From positions 24,304,001 to 24,368,000 of the forward strand of contig JAQFVV010000002.1 of NCBI GenBank assembly GCA_028023455.1: a DNA stretch of 64,000 bases, in the 5' to 3' direction. A model generated the notes under the pieces. It was given only the letters and a program-made list of their open reading frames with translations, did no database searches and had not been told where the DNA came from. Each line of letters starts with the position of its first letter. Positions within the stretch are counted from its first letter, which is position 1. A program made the position numbers and the translations under genes. Positions 11,653-25,404 of this stretch are shown in pieces. The DNA comes from Epiperipatus broadwayi (lineage: Eukaryota > Animalia > Onychophora).

Positions 11653-13875
11653 GTATAGTCACAATAAACAACATGAGCAAAAACTTGGTTATTCATGATT
11701 TCATAACAAAAGTGACTTGCAATGTTAAGAAGCTACAGATTATAAGAAAAGAAAATTCTGAGACTAAATTTTTTAGTCTTCTCTTAATACAATAGCATAT
11801 TTTCACAATAAGTAGAACTAATTCAATTTAATATATATCTGCATGTGTAGATAAATATCTTTAAGTAGTTCATTGAAGGAAAAAAAAAACTTCTATAATA
11901 GTCCCTCTCCACAAAGAACAATTACAGAGAAGTTATTATTTACTAGATTTGTGATTTCCATCTTTGATTTATCATAAAGTCTTTTAAGAATTACTGATCA
12001 ATAATTACTGTCCAGTTGCCCTCTCCCTAAGCCTGATTAAAACTTGAAAAGACTTCTGTATTTACTTAGCTTATATTCAAATCTCAGACAAGTAAAACTC
12101 GAAATTAAGTTAAAAGTATTTTTGTGGATTAATTAAAAAGTAAACAAAAAAATAATTGGAGATATTCCCAAGTAATGACTGTAGAAATGTGTTAGCAATT
12201 GTCTTATGAATAACCTTTAAGTCAAACTATTTGATCTAGAAGGCCACCAAAGCTATTGTAGTCTAGTGGAGCAAATAATTTATAAAGGATGTCAATAGTA
12301 ATTGTTAGTTACCTAGCAAAACTACTGTTAGCATATACACTGACTTTTTTCTTTACTTCATAATTAATCTAAGAAAGCACTTTAATTTAACACCCACATA
12401 TATATTTGGGAACAAACACCAATCCAAAGATTTGTAATGAACACACTGAAGGGCTTTATTAGTTAATGAACCTGTTGCTGATATGTTGCTTACACTTACC
12501 ATACACTTACCATAATTATCTGATCTCACTGAGCACTTTTATTTTATTTGGACTGATATAAGTAACTTCTTTAAGGAATGTACAGAAATCCAGGTTCAAA
12601 GAATTTTTCTAACAATCCCATTCAGCACCAAGCAATAGCTAACAGATATATATTAGACTCAAACATGATATTGCACAACTTAACTATTTAACTTAAATCT
12701 CCCCTTAGTAAATTGATGAAATGCAAAAATGGTAATTGAGACCAAAGCCTATTTTTTTAAATTTACTAATATTTTATTTTAGGCAGTAACAGTAACAAAA
12801 AATAAATATTTCAACACTCTCCCATTATACAATTGATTTATTTTTAAATAAAATGTAATATCATTGAGATTAATTATTATGGCTTTTAAAAGTTTCTATT
12901 ATCTTTCATCTTTCAATACTTTTAAAATTAAGTTAAGAAATATAATTTCCTCCCACATCATATGTCTGATCAATGTTTTAATTACCAGCATTTCAGAATT
13001 AATAAAATAATTTTCATAAAATATAGGTACTTTAGTATTATTCAACCGATGACATTTTATACTTACCAATTTTCCATGAGATTTAAAAATTGGAGAGAGC
13101 TTTGGGAAATTTTGTCATTTGTCTGGCTTTTGTGATTTTGCTACTAGTCCACCGCAGTGGACGCTATTTGTAAATAATTTTCATTTCTGTTTCTAATAAA
13201 TAATGTCATTTTGATGTATATTATTTTGTAAATTCTTCTGCAATTATAAAAAGTACAATTAATTAATTTTATTTTTAATTTCTGAATTATATTATACAGA
13301 ATTTTTTTTAAAAAAAATTCATCCATAATTATAAAAAATACAGCTATGAGAGTAATATAATGTCTGGCGTTGTCGGTGGTTTTGTATTTTATAATTGAGC
13401 ATAATATTGGCCATGTCTTTGGCACATCAAAAACAAAAAAAGCCCCCCTCTGCCCATTACAGCGCTACGCGCTGACTTTTCTAATTTTCAGTCAAAAAAT
13501 GAGACACATTTTCAAATTGTTTGTAATAAAATTGTTTGTTTTATATATTTTTAACATGAATAATTGAGTTAAATATTGTCGAAAATGTTGTAAAAATAAG
13601 ATAATTTTTAATGCAAGTACATTTTTTTCATTTTTTTTTTGTTATAAAAATTCATAATATAGAGTACATTTTAAGTTATTTTCCAGGTCGCCATTAATAA
13701 TGCCAGATAATCGGGAAAAGTGTTCTTTATTTGTCTATTTATTTTAAATTTACAAAAAAAATTTGTACAATTATAAAATTTACACTTAGTTGCTTTTAAT
13801 TTCTAAATTATCAAACTTACACTTAATTACTTTTAATTTCTAAATTATTTTGACGCATGCATGTACTTTTTTTTT

Positions 13876-14064
13876 TTCCCAACCAATGACGTATTACCCT
13901 GAAGCCGTATCAGTCTGATCTTGCGATCTTTAACATGCCGGGTCCATGTGATTTGCAGACAAATTTTAGCGATTGTATTTGTCCGCAAATCACTTGGAGA
14001 CATTATCTTAAAGATATGAAGATCAGAGTGATATGACTTCAGGATAATATGTCATCAGTTGGAA
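13876..14064. mobile_element. Degenerate ~190-bp foldback element
   Basis: Arms pair along their length: ctgaagccgtatcagtctgatct / agatcagagtgatatgacttcag, and gtgatttgcagacaaat / atttgtccgcaaatcac around a 12-nt loop. Confidence 0.6.
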
Positions 14065-15184
14065 AATAATAAAGAACCATAAAATAAAAACCTAAAATAC
14101 AGTATAATGGTAATAATCATAATTAACTAGAAATAAATTTATAATTTAATACATTACTATTCTATCACATACAATACATATTAAAACAGACTTACTGAGT
14201 TCCTTCATTAATCCTTTTGAATTCTAACATTTTCTTTTGTTCCATCTGATTCGAGTTTTTGAAAATCTTTATTTTACACTAAAACTCAATAAGTTGGTCT
14301 TTATTTTTTTTAAATTTAATTGTATAAATGAATAATATTCTAAAAAATCACACTGATCTTTTTAAGCATTTAAAAACTGACTTGTAAATAATAAAAAATA
14401 CAGCACAAATGTCAACAATTAAGTTAGTGTGAACATTCTTTCAGAAAATGAACGGATTAGTTTTTATTTTGTTTTTAAATGTGAACTAACAAAGGGAGAT
14501 TTATGATAAATCTATCAAATTCTGCTTTAAAATCTAATATTTGTTTTATAATTACTGTATTTGAAAAGATTTTAATAACATGTCAATTTGACAGATAATG
14601 GCATAACGGAAACTATAGTTTTCTTTATTTATACTATAGTTAAGTTTATTAACTAAATTTTACTTTTACACAAAGAGAAATAAAATAATAGAATATATTG
14701 ACACATTCTATCACTATGACCTGAATTAATTCACTTTTCTCTATCTCAGCCTATACCTTCTAAGTATTGACCTGCTTTTAATTTGTAACTACTAAGAGCT
14801 GCAATATATGTATATACCCTAAATTAATGGCATTAGGTGTATTGCCTCAAGATATATCATTAAATTCTGTAACTATTTCTAAAATAAAACTGTTAAATAA
14901 ATTGTGTTAGCAGAATAGAAGAACAAATATAAATTATCAATAAAGATGTATCAAGTGTACTTATTTATTCAAAATATGGTACAACTATATATATCATCAG
15001 TTCTTAAATTATAAAAGAAATTAATATTCAATCAAATTTTTGCACTGAATATCAAATAATGTATCAAAATTGGTAAAATATAAGATCATACATTATTAAA
15101 AAAATTAAAACTTAATAAAGATAACAAAAGACAAATTGCAAACAGTTTGAAAACAAAAAAAAAAGCTTTGTTCTTTTATTGAAA

Positions 15185-15285
15185 TATGAGATAGCATGGA
15201 TAATTGAGGGTCGTATGAAAGTCTGAGTTCAAACCCCCTATATATTACATATTGGAGTGCAGGTATGAAAAAGCCTGTACTGTAG
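15185..15285 (+). repeat. 3' fragment of the H1 hammerhead-bearing family
   Basis: gaaagtctgagttcaaacccc-tatatattacat...gcagg...agcctgtac matches 21535-21590. Confidence 0.55.
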
Positions 15286-17083
15286 AAAAAAATTCATACA
15301 TAAAGACGTTAAGTAAGAATACAAATTATTAAATGATTAAATATGATATTGAATTTTATTTTCAAAAAATATTTGTAAGATGTTGAAGATTTTTCCAAAA
15401 AAGTCGATTTATTTTCACATTTCTAAAATGCAAGCCCTTTTCCTACAATAGGTTTGAAAGAAACCTGCTAGAGCTTGAAATTAATATTTCATTCAAATTA
15501 CAAGAGAATTTTCCATTGTTCTTTGATCTAAAACGCCGGCAAAGATTATCAATCAAATCACACACAGCTTTAGTTATTGATTCACTGTAAGATAAATATC
15601 TCTCAAAGTCTAATCTAGGTTATCAATTTACAACTTCTTTCCTCCACATCACTTCAGAAAACTCCTTTACTTCATTTATCCATTTACTGATGTAATTTAT
15701 TGTTGCTCTTCTACTAATTGTTCAAGTCTTAGATTAATTGACATTGGTAAAAACACACACACACACATATCTATATTTCTTTAAAAACACATAAATATAA
15801 TTCCCTCTAAAACAAATATATTTCATTTGAATTTAACTGTGATAAATACTAAATAGTCTAAGATAATGTTCACAGAATGTTCAAAGAGAAGAGAATAAAG
15901 ATTGATAGTAATAAATTAAAAAAAAAAAAAACTTGACTAATTTGGCAAAGATATTTACAGTCAAGTTGTTGTTTTTTTTAATTTATTACTATCTATCTTT
16001 TTTTTTTCTCTCTCTCTCTTTTGAACATTCAATGAACATTATTTTTATTCTATTTAGTATTTATCTTTTGTCTCACTTAATTGTATCCATCTGATAGTTC
16101 TTGTAACATATTTGAAGCAATGGGCTTTATTTATAAAAACTATCAGCGTTATATATTGGACAAAATAATCCATAACTGCTTCAAAAAAGTTATCTTCAAG
16201 AAAAATGTAGTTAGGTATAAAGACAGTAATTACTCATATAATAATACAAGCAAAGCTATAAAACTGAGATAAGACATTTTAAAATATATTGGCTTACAAT
16301 ATTTCATGACATTTTCTGAAATCTAATTACAGCTATATTTCAGAAAGTTAAATATTTGATTTTACCAAACTTTTACCTAAATCAAAAAGAAAATAATTCC
16401 CATCCCAATTAATCAATAATAAATATTAAAAAATTAGTCTCTGAATAGCTCTTAGAACAAAAATAAATTTAACAAAAGCCTTTTTTTTTTTTATAAAATA
16501 TCATAAAAGTGCTACATTTTCTTTCTTCTAGCAAAAAACTATTCAAAAACACATATATCATAATTAATTCTTTATTTTAAAATATTTAAAACTAATAAGA
16601 GAAAGCTATAAATGGCAAAAAAATTATATAACGCTTACTGTCTGAACTCTTACTTGCAAATATATATGGCAAAAAAATCATATTTATAAAAAATGAAAAA
16701 GAGGTTATATATTTTTTATATGTATGTATAATTAAATTACTGTAATAGTATATTTCCAGCAAAAAAGAATTTCGTCATTAAGATTTATTTATCTAACCAG
16801 CATCCCTTTTTCTGATTGTTTGTGAGACTCTAGGACTAAAAAGAGTTGTCTATTTTTCTAACACAATTATTGCAGTCATTATTATTATCAGTAACAGAAT
16901 TTCTCTCTGTTGAAACCTGCTTTTTAAAAACTTTTTAAACAAGTGCTGTTCATATCAATTATTATGCTACCATTCAAATAACATTATAAAACAAAATATT
17001 GAAGACACTAATTCAACTGTTCAAGTTATCTCACAAATGAATTAGCAAAACCTCTTATCTATAAACTGCAAAACGAAGTGATC

Positions 17084-17180
17084 CACTAGATGGAGATTTT
17101 ATGCACAAGCCTTCTGGCATCCATTGATTACTCTGGTTTGTACAGATTGCAATACATATGGAGAGTTTTGCCTGTTTTAA
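17084..17180 (+). repeat. 3' tail of the H2 family (no HHR retained)
   Basis: gattttatgcacaagccttctggcatccattgattactctg...atggagagttttgcct matches 62415-62505. Confidence 0.8.
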
Positions 17181-17926
17181 CAATAAAGAGTACAAAGTAC
17201 TAAAAAAATTAACAAAGAATGCTTTAACACATATTTATACTCCCTCAAATTCTTACCCAGAAAAATCATAAACAAAAGTTAGGTGGTCTACAATCTTTTT
17301 CAATTACGGTATATCACAACTTGAGCTTTTATTTAGATTAATATTCCACAAAAGCTTAAACTCAAAGTAATTATAGAATAGTTAAACATTTATCTATATG
17401 AAGTGTTACATTTTTTCTATTTGGCTCCACTTTTGATAGAAATGACAGCATATTGCATTGCTTGAGTTGGTATATATCATTCAGCAAGCATTTGTCTATA
17501 TAATTTAAAATTTTCCTTGAACACAGTCAATAATAGTATATAATCTGTTATCAATGTAAAGATAAAAGTAGCAGCAGACTAGAAAGCTAAGACAGCTTTA
17601 AATCATATCTTAATTCTTTCATACAATCAAAGAGATGAATGAATAAACAAAAGATTTATTTATTATTTGTTTTCCTCAATATGTCAATAATTTAAGATTG
17701 TTTGATCTTCTATTCATCACAGTTCTTTTACAATAAGAGATTAATTGATTTATATCATATTTATGATAAATAAACGTGATTAATAGATAAATTGTATGAC
17801 ATGAGTAAGCATATTTTTAAAAAAAATTAAAATCAAATCAGATACATGGTATATTTATGTACATTAACAATTTAAATAGCAAAAATATGTATGTGTGTAG
17901 ATTCATATATAAATACATATATATAT

Positions 17927-18132
17927 ATTGCTTATAATACTTCTTTCATGTACACTTCAATGCAAACAAATTTTCTTAAAAAAACTTCTTTATTTTCCTT
18001 ACAGTTCAAATATTCAAATAGTGTAGCTCTGATGAAGACTGCTGGACAGTCGAAACTGTAAGGAAAATAAAGAAGTTTTTTAAGAAAATTTGTTTGCATT
18101 GAAGTGTATATGAAAGAAGTATTATAAGCAAT
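17927..18132. mobile_element. Palindromic element with ~80-bp arms and a hammerhead motif in the spacer (family H4)
   Basis: Left arm 17927-18007 is the reverse complement of 18052-18132 with few mismatches. An AATAAA follows the HHR. Confidence 0.75.
18027..18062 (+). ncRNA. Minimal type-I hammerhead ribozyme motif (H4)
   Basis: CT CTGATGA A GACTG ctgga CAGTC GAAA CTG TA AG: intact core and a 5-bp stem II. Stem III is minimal (ACUGU) and the cleavage triplet is GUA. Stem I is only 2 bp in cis. Confidence 0.7.
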
Positions 18133-18834
18133 ATGTATATGAATATATGAACATATGCAAAGAAAGTGAAAGAGAAGAATAAGAGAATATACTTCATATA
18201 TAAATATACCATATAATGACAATGTATGGAACTTTCTGTATCAACTTTTGAATAGATACAATTCTTTTCTCTTTTACATTTGAAACAATACATTTAACTT
18301 GATAACTTTAAACAATTCTTTACAAGTGTACTATTTATAAGTAAAAGATGTACTTAATGCTTTTAAACTAGGATATTGGTGAAGATTTTTGAGAACTCCA
18401 TGGATAAACAAATAACTTGATCAGATTAAATATGAAATCTAACTTGAAGGACATCAACAAAACAATATTGTCATACTAAATGATGTAATTCATTATAAAA
18501 ATGAAGCATGCTTAGAAAAGAATTGATGATAAAATAAAAAAATTACTAACAATGAAGTGGATGGTATCATCACAATAATGAATATATCCTGAATAGTAAC
18601 CCATCCCCCCAGATGATAGGCCATTCTGAAAAAATGGTATTCATATTATTCATATTGATTGCATCTTATAAAAATGATTATAATTGTAAATGTACAAAAG
18701 TAATCACAATACAATATCAAGAGAAGTTTCAAAATATGATAAAAATATATTAGCTTCAAAACTATTTTGTGAGATATATGGATCTATGAAGTTGTGACAT
18801 TTAAGATTAAGGATACTTCTATTGTTTCAATTTA

Positions 18835-18971
18835 AACAAGGCAAAACTTTCCATATAGTAGTGCCATCCTGTGCCACCAGAGTAATCAATGGATGCCAGA
18901 AGGCTTGTGCATCCATTGATTACTCTGTTTGGCACAGGGTGGCGCTACTGTATGGAGAGATTTGCCTTGTT
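18835..18971. repeat. Collapsed ~137-bp hairpin made of two H2-family tails
   Basis: aacaaggcaaaactttccatatagtagtgcc...gagtaatcaatggatgc / gcatccattgattactc...ggcgctactgtatggagagatttgccttgtt. Confidence 0.8.
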
Positions 18972-19556
18972 AATAACAATTATGTGCTAGTATAAAAGAT
19001 GGTGATCATGTGATTGTTTCAATTTATGACAAAAAGGAGAGAAAACAACTGCACTATTTTGTCATAATACTTTAATCCATTACAGCAAAAAAATATTCAG
19101 TGGTTTTAATGAATAAGTTGAATGCATTCACATGTGAGCAGTTACCAAACTTAGTGTGATTTTAGAGAATCAAAAAGCATTAGACATATTTTACTTTTTC
19201 AGGTAAATGCAGAAAAGACTTATGGGTAAAGATGTGATTTATACCCTTCTTTTATTGATTTGGTCAAGGAATCATTTGGAAATAGTGAGTTATCTTCAGA
19301 AGTTTATTCACATTAGACAACTTCTACATGATGTTATATGACAATGCAGAATTAAGGGTGATGAAAAATCTGAGGCATTTGAAATAAAAATAGTTGGTGT
19401 TAAAAAGAGAAGCATCATAGGCTCAATTTAGTTTTTTATTTTTTCAATATTGATCTTTGAAATAGTTTTTTAGGAAGCTTCATAATCAGGCTCTTACATA
19501 AATTGATTAAAAACAATAGTACAAAAAAAATCATCTTCTTAATTTCTAAATTTAGA

Positions 19557-20380
19557 ATACAATACAGAGAGTGTACCAATAGCTCAAACAAGCTTTTAAT
19601 TAATAAGTGTGGTATGAGAAAATATTTAAAATCTCTAACCAAAACACTCTCATTTCCAGACCAACTGGCTTGGAGCTTCTGGCTCATGTCAGTGAAGAGT
19701 GAAGAGCTAGAATATTCGGACACTAGATCTAAAATATAAACTCAAATCTCAGTACTTATTTCATATATATATTTAAGTAGAAACTCTGAAATTTTCGGAC
19801 ATGAAAATGTTTTTAAATGCAGCTATCTAACATAAATAGCTATATGGGACTGAACTAAATACAGAGCTACCATATTTTAATAGCCTCAGCATAGCCAAAG
19901 CCTTAAAGGTAAAATTATAATCATTAAAAAAGCAAGTCTTATATAATGTGACATTACTTTTATAAGCTTGTAGTTACAAAAATGCAATACAGAGAGCGTA
20001 CCAAGCTTATGCCTCACGTCAGTGAAGAGGTAGAATACTCGGACACTAGTTCCAAATAGCTATTTAAGTTAGATAGCTGGATTTAAAGACATTTTCATGT
20101 CTGAAAATTTCAGAGTTTCTACTTAAATATATGTACGAAATAAATGCTGAGTTTTGAGTTTATATTTTAGATCTAGTGTCTGAATATTCTAGCTCTCCAC
20201 GTCAGCTCGAAACCAGTTGGTCCGGAGATGAGTGTTCTGGATAGAGATTTGAAATATTTTCTCATACTGCACTTATTAATTAAGAGTTTGTTTGAGCTAT
20301 TGGTACGCTCTCTGTAATGCATTTTGCTAACTACAAGCTTATAAAAGTAATGCCACATTATATATGATTTGTTTTTTAAT
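19557..20380. mobile_element. Large foldback composite (family H3) with hammerhead-like remnants on both strands
   Basis: 19557-19843 is the reverse complement of ~20054-20330; a second, internally deleted left end lies at ~19928-20050. HHR-like remnants at 19653-19698 (-), ~20005-20025 (-) and 20194-20228 (+). Confidence 0.75.
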
Positions 20381-21360
20381 TATTACTAAATTTAGAATGT
20401 TCAATTATAGTAATATTATTACCAATTCAAAATATGATTTACTAAATAATGTGTTTAAAGAATTAATGTTTTAAAAAAAACACTTCAGAAGATGAGTTTA
20501 AATATCTTGCTGAATTTTTCGATAGAATGACAGATGTGTATATGGAGAGGGAGCACAGGTTCTAATGTCTGTAATATACAGATAGCATGTTACAGGAAAA
20601 GGATATTACCATAATGATACAAATTGTTTCAATTAAATTTATTGCATATATAGATGTTAAACTGTCAAATTAAGTTTACAGAGGTAAGACTTGAACTGCC
20701 TACTATTGTAATACAAAGACATTGAGAAAAATTCAGTAAAAGGAGAATTTTGAAAGGATGATGGCAAAGTCATAAAACAAATCAATATGCCTTTTAGTAC
20801 TCTGGATTTTATGGTATCCAATCTACATTGTATGTGCCCATATTTGTTAATTGGAACTATAAGATCACTAGAAAGAGACTTCCTAAAAAAAAAAAAAAAA
20901 CCTTTTATGATGAACTTGAATTAGATCCCATTTATATTCTAGCATTCTTAAGAATTTCCAAAGAATGTGAGGCACCGATTGTTTTCAGAAGAATATGGCA
21001 GAAGAAAAAATACCATGGAGAACTGCAGTTTAGACAATATGCTATAGATTTTCAGGTAGTAATTTTTCTGCAGAATATTTTTTTTTTAAAAAAATAAATA
21101 AATAAATTACAAAATGTAAATAAAATAGCTAAAAGATTAGAATAATATTTGCCATGGATTCATTTATATGGTCAAAACTCAACTTTAATTTTCTTTATCT
21201 TTTCTTTCTTTCTTTCTGGAGTTAGTTACAAAGACCAAGCTCACTTACAAGTTGATGTTCATGATGATGATGATGATTTAATTTAACAAAATTGTACTGC
21301 TCTAATTTTATGGATGTTCCCTAAACACTATCTAGAATATGTATACATTTCTTTATTTTA

Positions 21361-21590
21361 AATATAAAGCTGAGTACTGATTATATATGTGTGTGTGAGG
21401 ATAGTAATCTAGACCAACTGATGATTGCTGGTTTAGCATGAAATACGTATATTGGTGATTATTTATCTTTTTAACATGTGTGTGATCAGGTGGGTCAGCA
21501 ATATGAGATGGCACTGAGAGTGGTGGATTGTGTGAAAGTCTGAGTTTAAACCCCGCATATATTACATATATAAATGCAGGTTTAAGCCTG
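21361..21590 (+). mobile_element. H1 family copy: HHR followed by a tRNA-like B box and (TA)n
   Basis: CCAA CTGATGA TTGCTG GTT TAGCAT GAAA TACGTA TA TTGG (21414-21455), then GAGTTTAAACCCC. Confidence 0.75.
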
Positions 21591-22197
21591 TACAATGTAT
21601 TAATTAAAATGTTTTACAAGTTTACATATATATTCATTTCAAGGAAATGCTTTCGATTTCTATGAGAGTCTTGTGTTACGAACGATAACAATAAAAACTA
21701 AAACAAAATATTTTAAAATGCTGATATCACGTTATGGGTAAGACGGGAGAGTGTTTATGGCTAATAATTAATATGATCTCCATTAAGGCATTATTCTATT
21801 TAAATTTATCAAAAGCTTTTATCTAAGACTAAAAATGATCAATTACGCAACGTAATAAAAAAAAATTGTGACTAGCGAATATAACTTAGTATATAATCAT
21901 CATTTTAAAATGATTGATTATTTGCTTATAAATAATTAATCATTAGAAATAATAACACATAAAGAAATTTGATATAAGTGTGAAAGGTATAATATATATT
22001 TCTAGTAAATAAGAGTTTTACGGTAATCTGTTTCAATATAAATGATGACAACTAGTGAAAAATAAAATACATTGGACATAAATGTACCGAGAGAAAATTT
22101 AATATATTTCAAAAAAAAAAAAACACGGGCACGACAATAATATTGGCATTAACAAGGAATCTGGGCGTTCCATCATCAGATTTTCAATGGTGTAGAT

Positions 22198-22645
22198 CAA
22201 GGGTGGCCAACTTTTGTGTTCATAAGATCTACTCTTGTTGTCATAAGCGTAGTCTAAGTGGAGGGAGGTGTGAAATACATATTATTTTTATATATCTACC
22301 TACGTAAAAAAATAATTATTTAAAGGGCTAAAAAACTCATGTTGGGGAAAATTAAAGCAACATGAGTAAATTACTAACAATATTTATTAATTCAAATTAG
22401 CTACATTAAGCCAAGATTAAAAATATTATTTTCAATAATGATACGACTTAGTTAGTGGACTTCACCTATCTAGAATTGAAAAAAAAAATTAGAACAAAAA
22501 CAAAAATAATAATAATAACTTGAAAATCTTGACGTAATTTGTTTCACTCGTAACCCGACGGCTCTTGCCAGATTGGCCTTGCGATCGACCAAAATTAGCT
22601 TCGCGATCGACCGGTGGATCGCGATCGACTTGTTGGCCACCCCTG
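22198..22645. mobile_element. hAT (Charlie-type) MITE
   Basis: TIRs caagggtggccaac / gttggccacccctg; gcgatcgacc subterminal repeats; degenerate 8-bp flanks gtgtagat / ctatatat. Confidence 0.75.
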
Positions 22646-23571
22646 CTATATATTATTAATAATTCCATTTAAATTGTAAAAGAAAAATGAAGTGCAACTG
22701 GTGTACTAAGTTTTATATTTCTTAAAACGTCTACAGTTAAAACTTTAAGAAAGAAATTTCAGGAGGGGAGAGGGGTCAAAGTCAATTCAATGAGCAAAAA
22801 ACATTTGAACAATAACTTTTGTTCCTTATTTTAATAAAATAATAATAATAATTGTAAAAATAACTATACAAATTTATTTTAGCTTTTAGAAAAATTATTA
22901 TTACTATTATTATTTTTGCAATATGATCAAGTTTGTACAGTCCATTTTGTACACTAACACTATCGAATTAAGAATTCAAATGTTATTAGGTATGTGTATG
23001 CATATAATGAAGAGAAAAGCTGAAACTATTATTTTAATTATATACACATTCCTAGAGAAGAAGTAATTATTTTCAGGGTTACATCTAAGATTGAGATATG
23101 AAAACAACTGTAAAACATGCACATACTTTTATATTCCTTACAAACTATAAGGGTAAGCAATAACTTTTAGCTTTTGTTTCTAGATGACTGGACTAATGAG
23201 GAGTTAAGAATAACCCAAATTCATTCACTCCTTGAATACAATGTGATGGAATCTTTTCAAATTATGTTTGTCAAGATAAAAAATAAGCTTTATTTTAATT
23301 TGAAAGTTTATTTTCTCATTTCAAATACATTTTCATTTATTTTAATATTTGTTTAAGAATTTAAAAATACACACGCACACAAATGACTAGACAGAGAAAA
23401 ATTTCCACATTTACATTAGCAAAAGCTCAGATATTTTTTATTTCTAAAAATATATTATTATACAATATATAAACTTTAGATATTTTAGTTGTTTAGAATA
23501 TAATTATTAATTATAAATATGAAAAAAAAAATTTTCCTATAAAGACTACTCACATTGAAGCTTATATACAT

Positions 23572-23913
23572 CAAGGGTATTGAACCTATGGCCTGAGAAC
23601 CACATGCATGGTTATGAATGTGGTACAATGCAAAATCATATACTTATTTAAAACATTATGAGATTTTTTTGTGATTACATGTTGCAATGTGATTAAAATA
23701 AATGTTATAAAAGACTCTTTGAATGGATTGCCGCTTAATTAAGATTATTATTTAAGCACTTTTTTCCTTACCTATGATAGTCAATAGCATGAAAATTATG
23801 CACAGAATTTTACTTATCAGCTATTGATCATGTTTGTGTACCTAATGTGTGGCCCAAGACAATTTTTCTTTTTCCAATGTGGCCCAGAAATGCCAAAAAG
23901 TTGGACATCTCTG
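23572..23913. mobile_element. hAT MITE resembling mammalian MER30
   Basis: TIRs caagggtattgaac / gttggacatctctg; 8-bp TSD atatacat / atgtacat. Internal aaaacattatgagatttttt and atgtgtggcccaagacaatt...ccaatgtggcccag match my recollection of the MER30 consensus (not searched). Confidence 0.7.
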
Positions 23914-25404
23914 ATGTACATAAAAAAAAATTAAGCACAAATTTTAAATCTCAATTTAGTTACATTTAATGTACTAGTTAAACAATAAAGGGTGAGGTTA
24001 AAGAATTCATATGCAAATAAATATATTAGTATGTACAGTTAATAAATGACTAATATTCTAAATATATACTTAATAAAAAAAAATATTAATACTTTATGCA
24101 TCATCTAGACTATTTATAATCTTTAACACTTGCTGATATTGTTTGTTTTTGTTTTTCAAATATGATAATATGTAAAAAAATTATAAAAAGTGTTAATGCT
24201 TTTTCAAATAATTCAAATATGCTAATATGTAAAAGGTTACAAGAAGTGTTAATGTTTTTTTCAAATAATTACAAATTTAAGACATTAGGAACTTAATCTT
24301 CTACATATTAAGATTTTTTATTTCAATGCAGGGTTCTTTATGAAAAAATGAATTTATTATTTTATATGTACATATATTTCACTATCTATGCAATTATGTA
24401 CCCAAATTTATTTATAAATTTTAAGAAGAGTGGATGTAATAAATATAATGTGTGCAGTGGAGCTATAACACTTATTTTTGTTCCAAGCCTCCATTGCATA
24501 TATTGCACATTATATATAATAGTTTCACATCGTTGACAAGTTTGGTTATGATTGAATACACATTGTGTATTGAACTGCAAGTATTAGTAGTACTTTTTTA
24601 ACAATGCAGCTACAAAAAATGAAACCACTTTTCTATAAGTACAACATACATATGTAAATCAAGATTACCATATAAATGAAATTTAAAAAAAACCATAAAA
24701 ATGTAATCGGAAGATGGAGATACATTTTAATTAAATATGCTTTGGGCACTATCCTTTTTGTTAAGAAACACTTCTTCCTATAAAAATGTAAGAGCAGTCT
24801 TGTTATCAACAAACTATCACTTCTCCAGCAATTTTAATGTTTCTAAAACCATATCAACTTTACTAATGTTCTTAAATTTTGTAAAATAATTATTGTTATG
24901 CTCATAAAACATCTCATTATATTAAGTACTGTACATCAAATTTAAAAAGAATAAAGAAGCGAAAAATACACTCTATGTGCTTTCAACATAAGCCAAAGAA
25001 ACATTACTAATAAATATGATTGCATATGGCACTCCAATGTAAAAATGGCTACAGTCATATTATAATATTTATCAAATTTACTAATTTTAATGTTTTTATT
25101 TTAAATGTGATCACATATAGCACTAACAAAAGAGAAAAATGATTCATGCAATATTATAAAATTAATTTAATTTATGGATTTTAATTTTTTTTTGTTTAAT
25201 TACATTTTTTTAAAATTTATAATTGAAATTATATTGTGGCACTGATTAGCAGCATTATAATATATTATCTATTATTCAAGTCAATCAATCAAAGATTGAA
25301 AGATTTCAATTTTATATTTGAATTTTAGTTTTGTTTTCACTTATTTAAATATATATATATATATTATATAATGAGCATGAATAGTTTTAACAAACTTTTC
25401 TGAA

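Noticed and set aside
13141-13165. gtccac-cgca-gtggac hairpin next to CTAG as a Helitron end
   Set aside because: The hairpin abuts CTAG without the usual spacer, and no matching 5' TC end was found.
14196-14245. Candidate minus exon MEQKKMLEFKRINEGT with a GTAAGT donor
   Set aside because: Too short, no recognisable homology and no supporting adjacent exon.
15400-15720. Possible CR1/L2-type 3' remnant on the minus strand
   Set aside because: Motifs too eroded to call.
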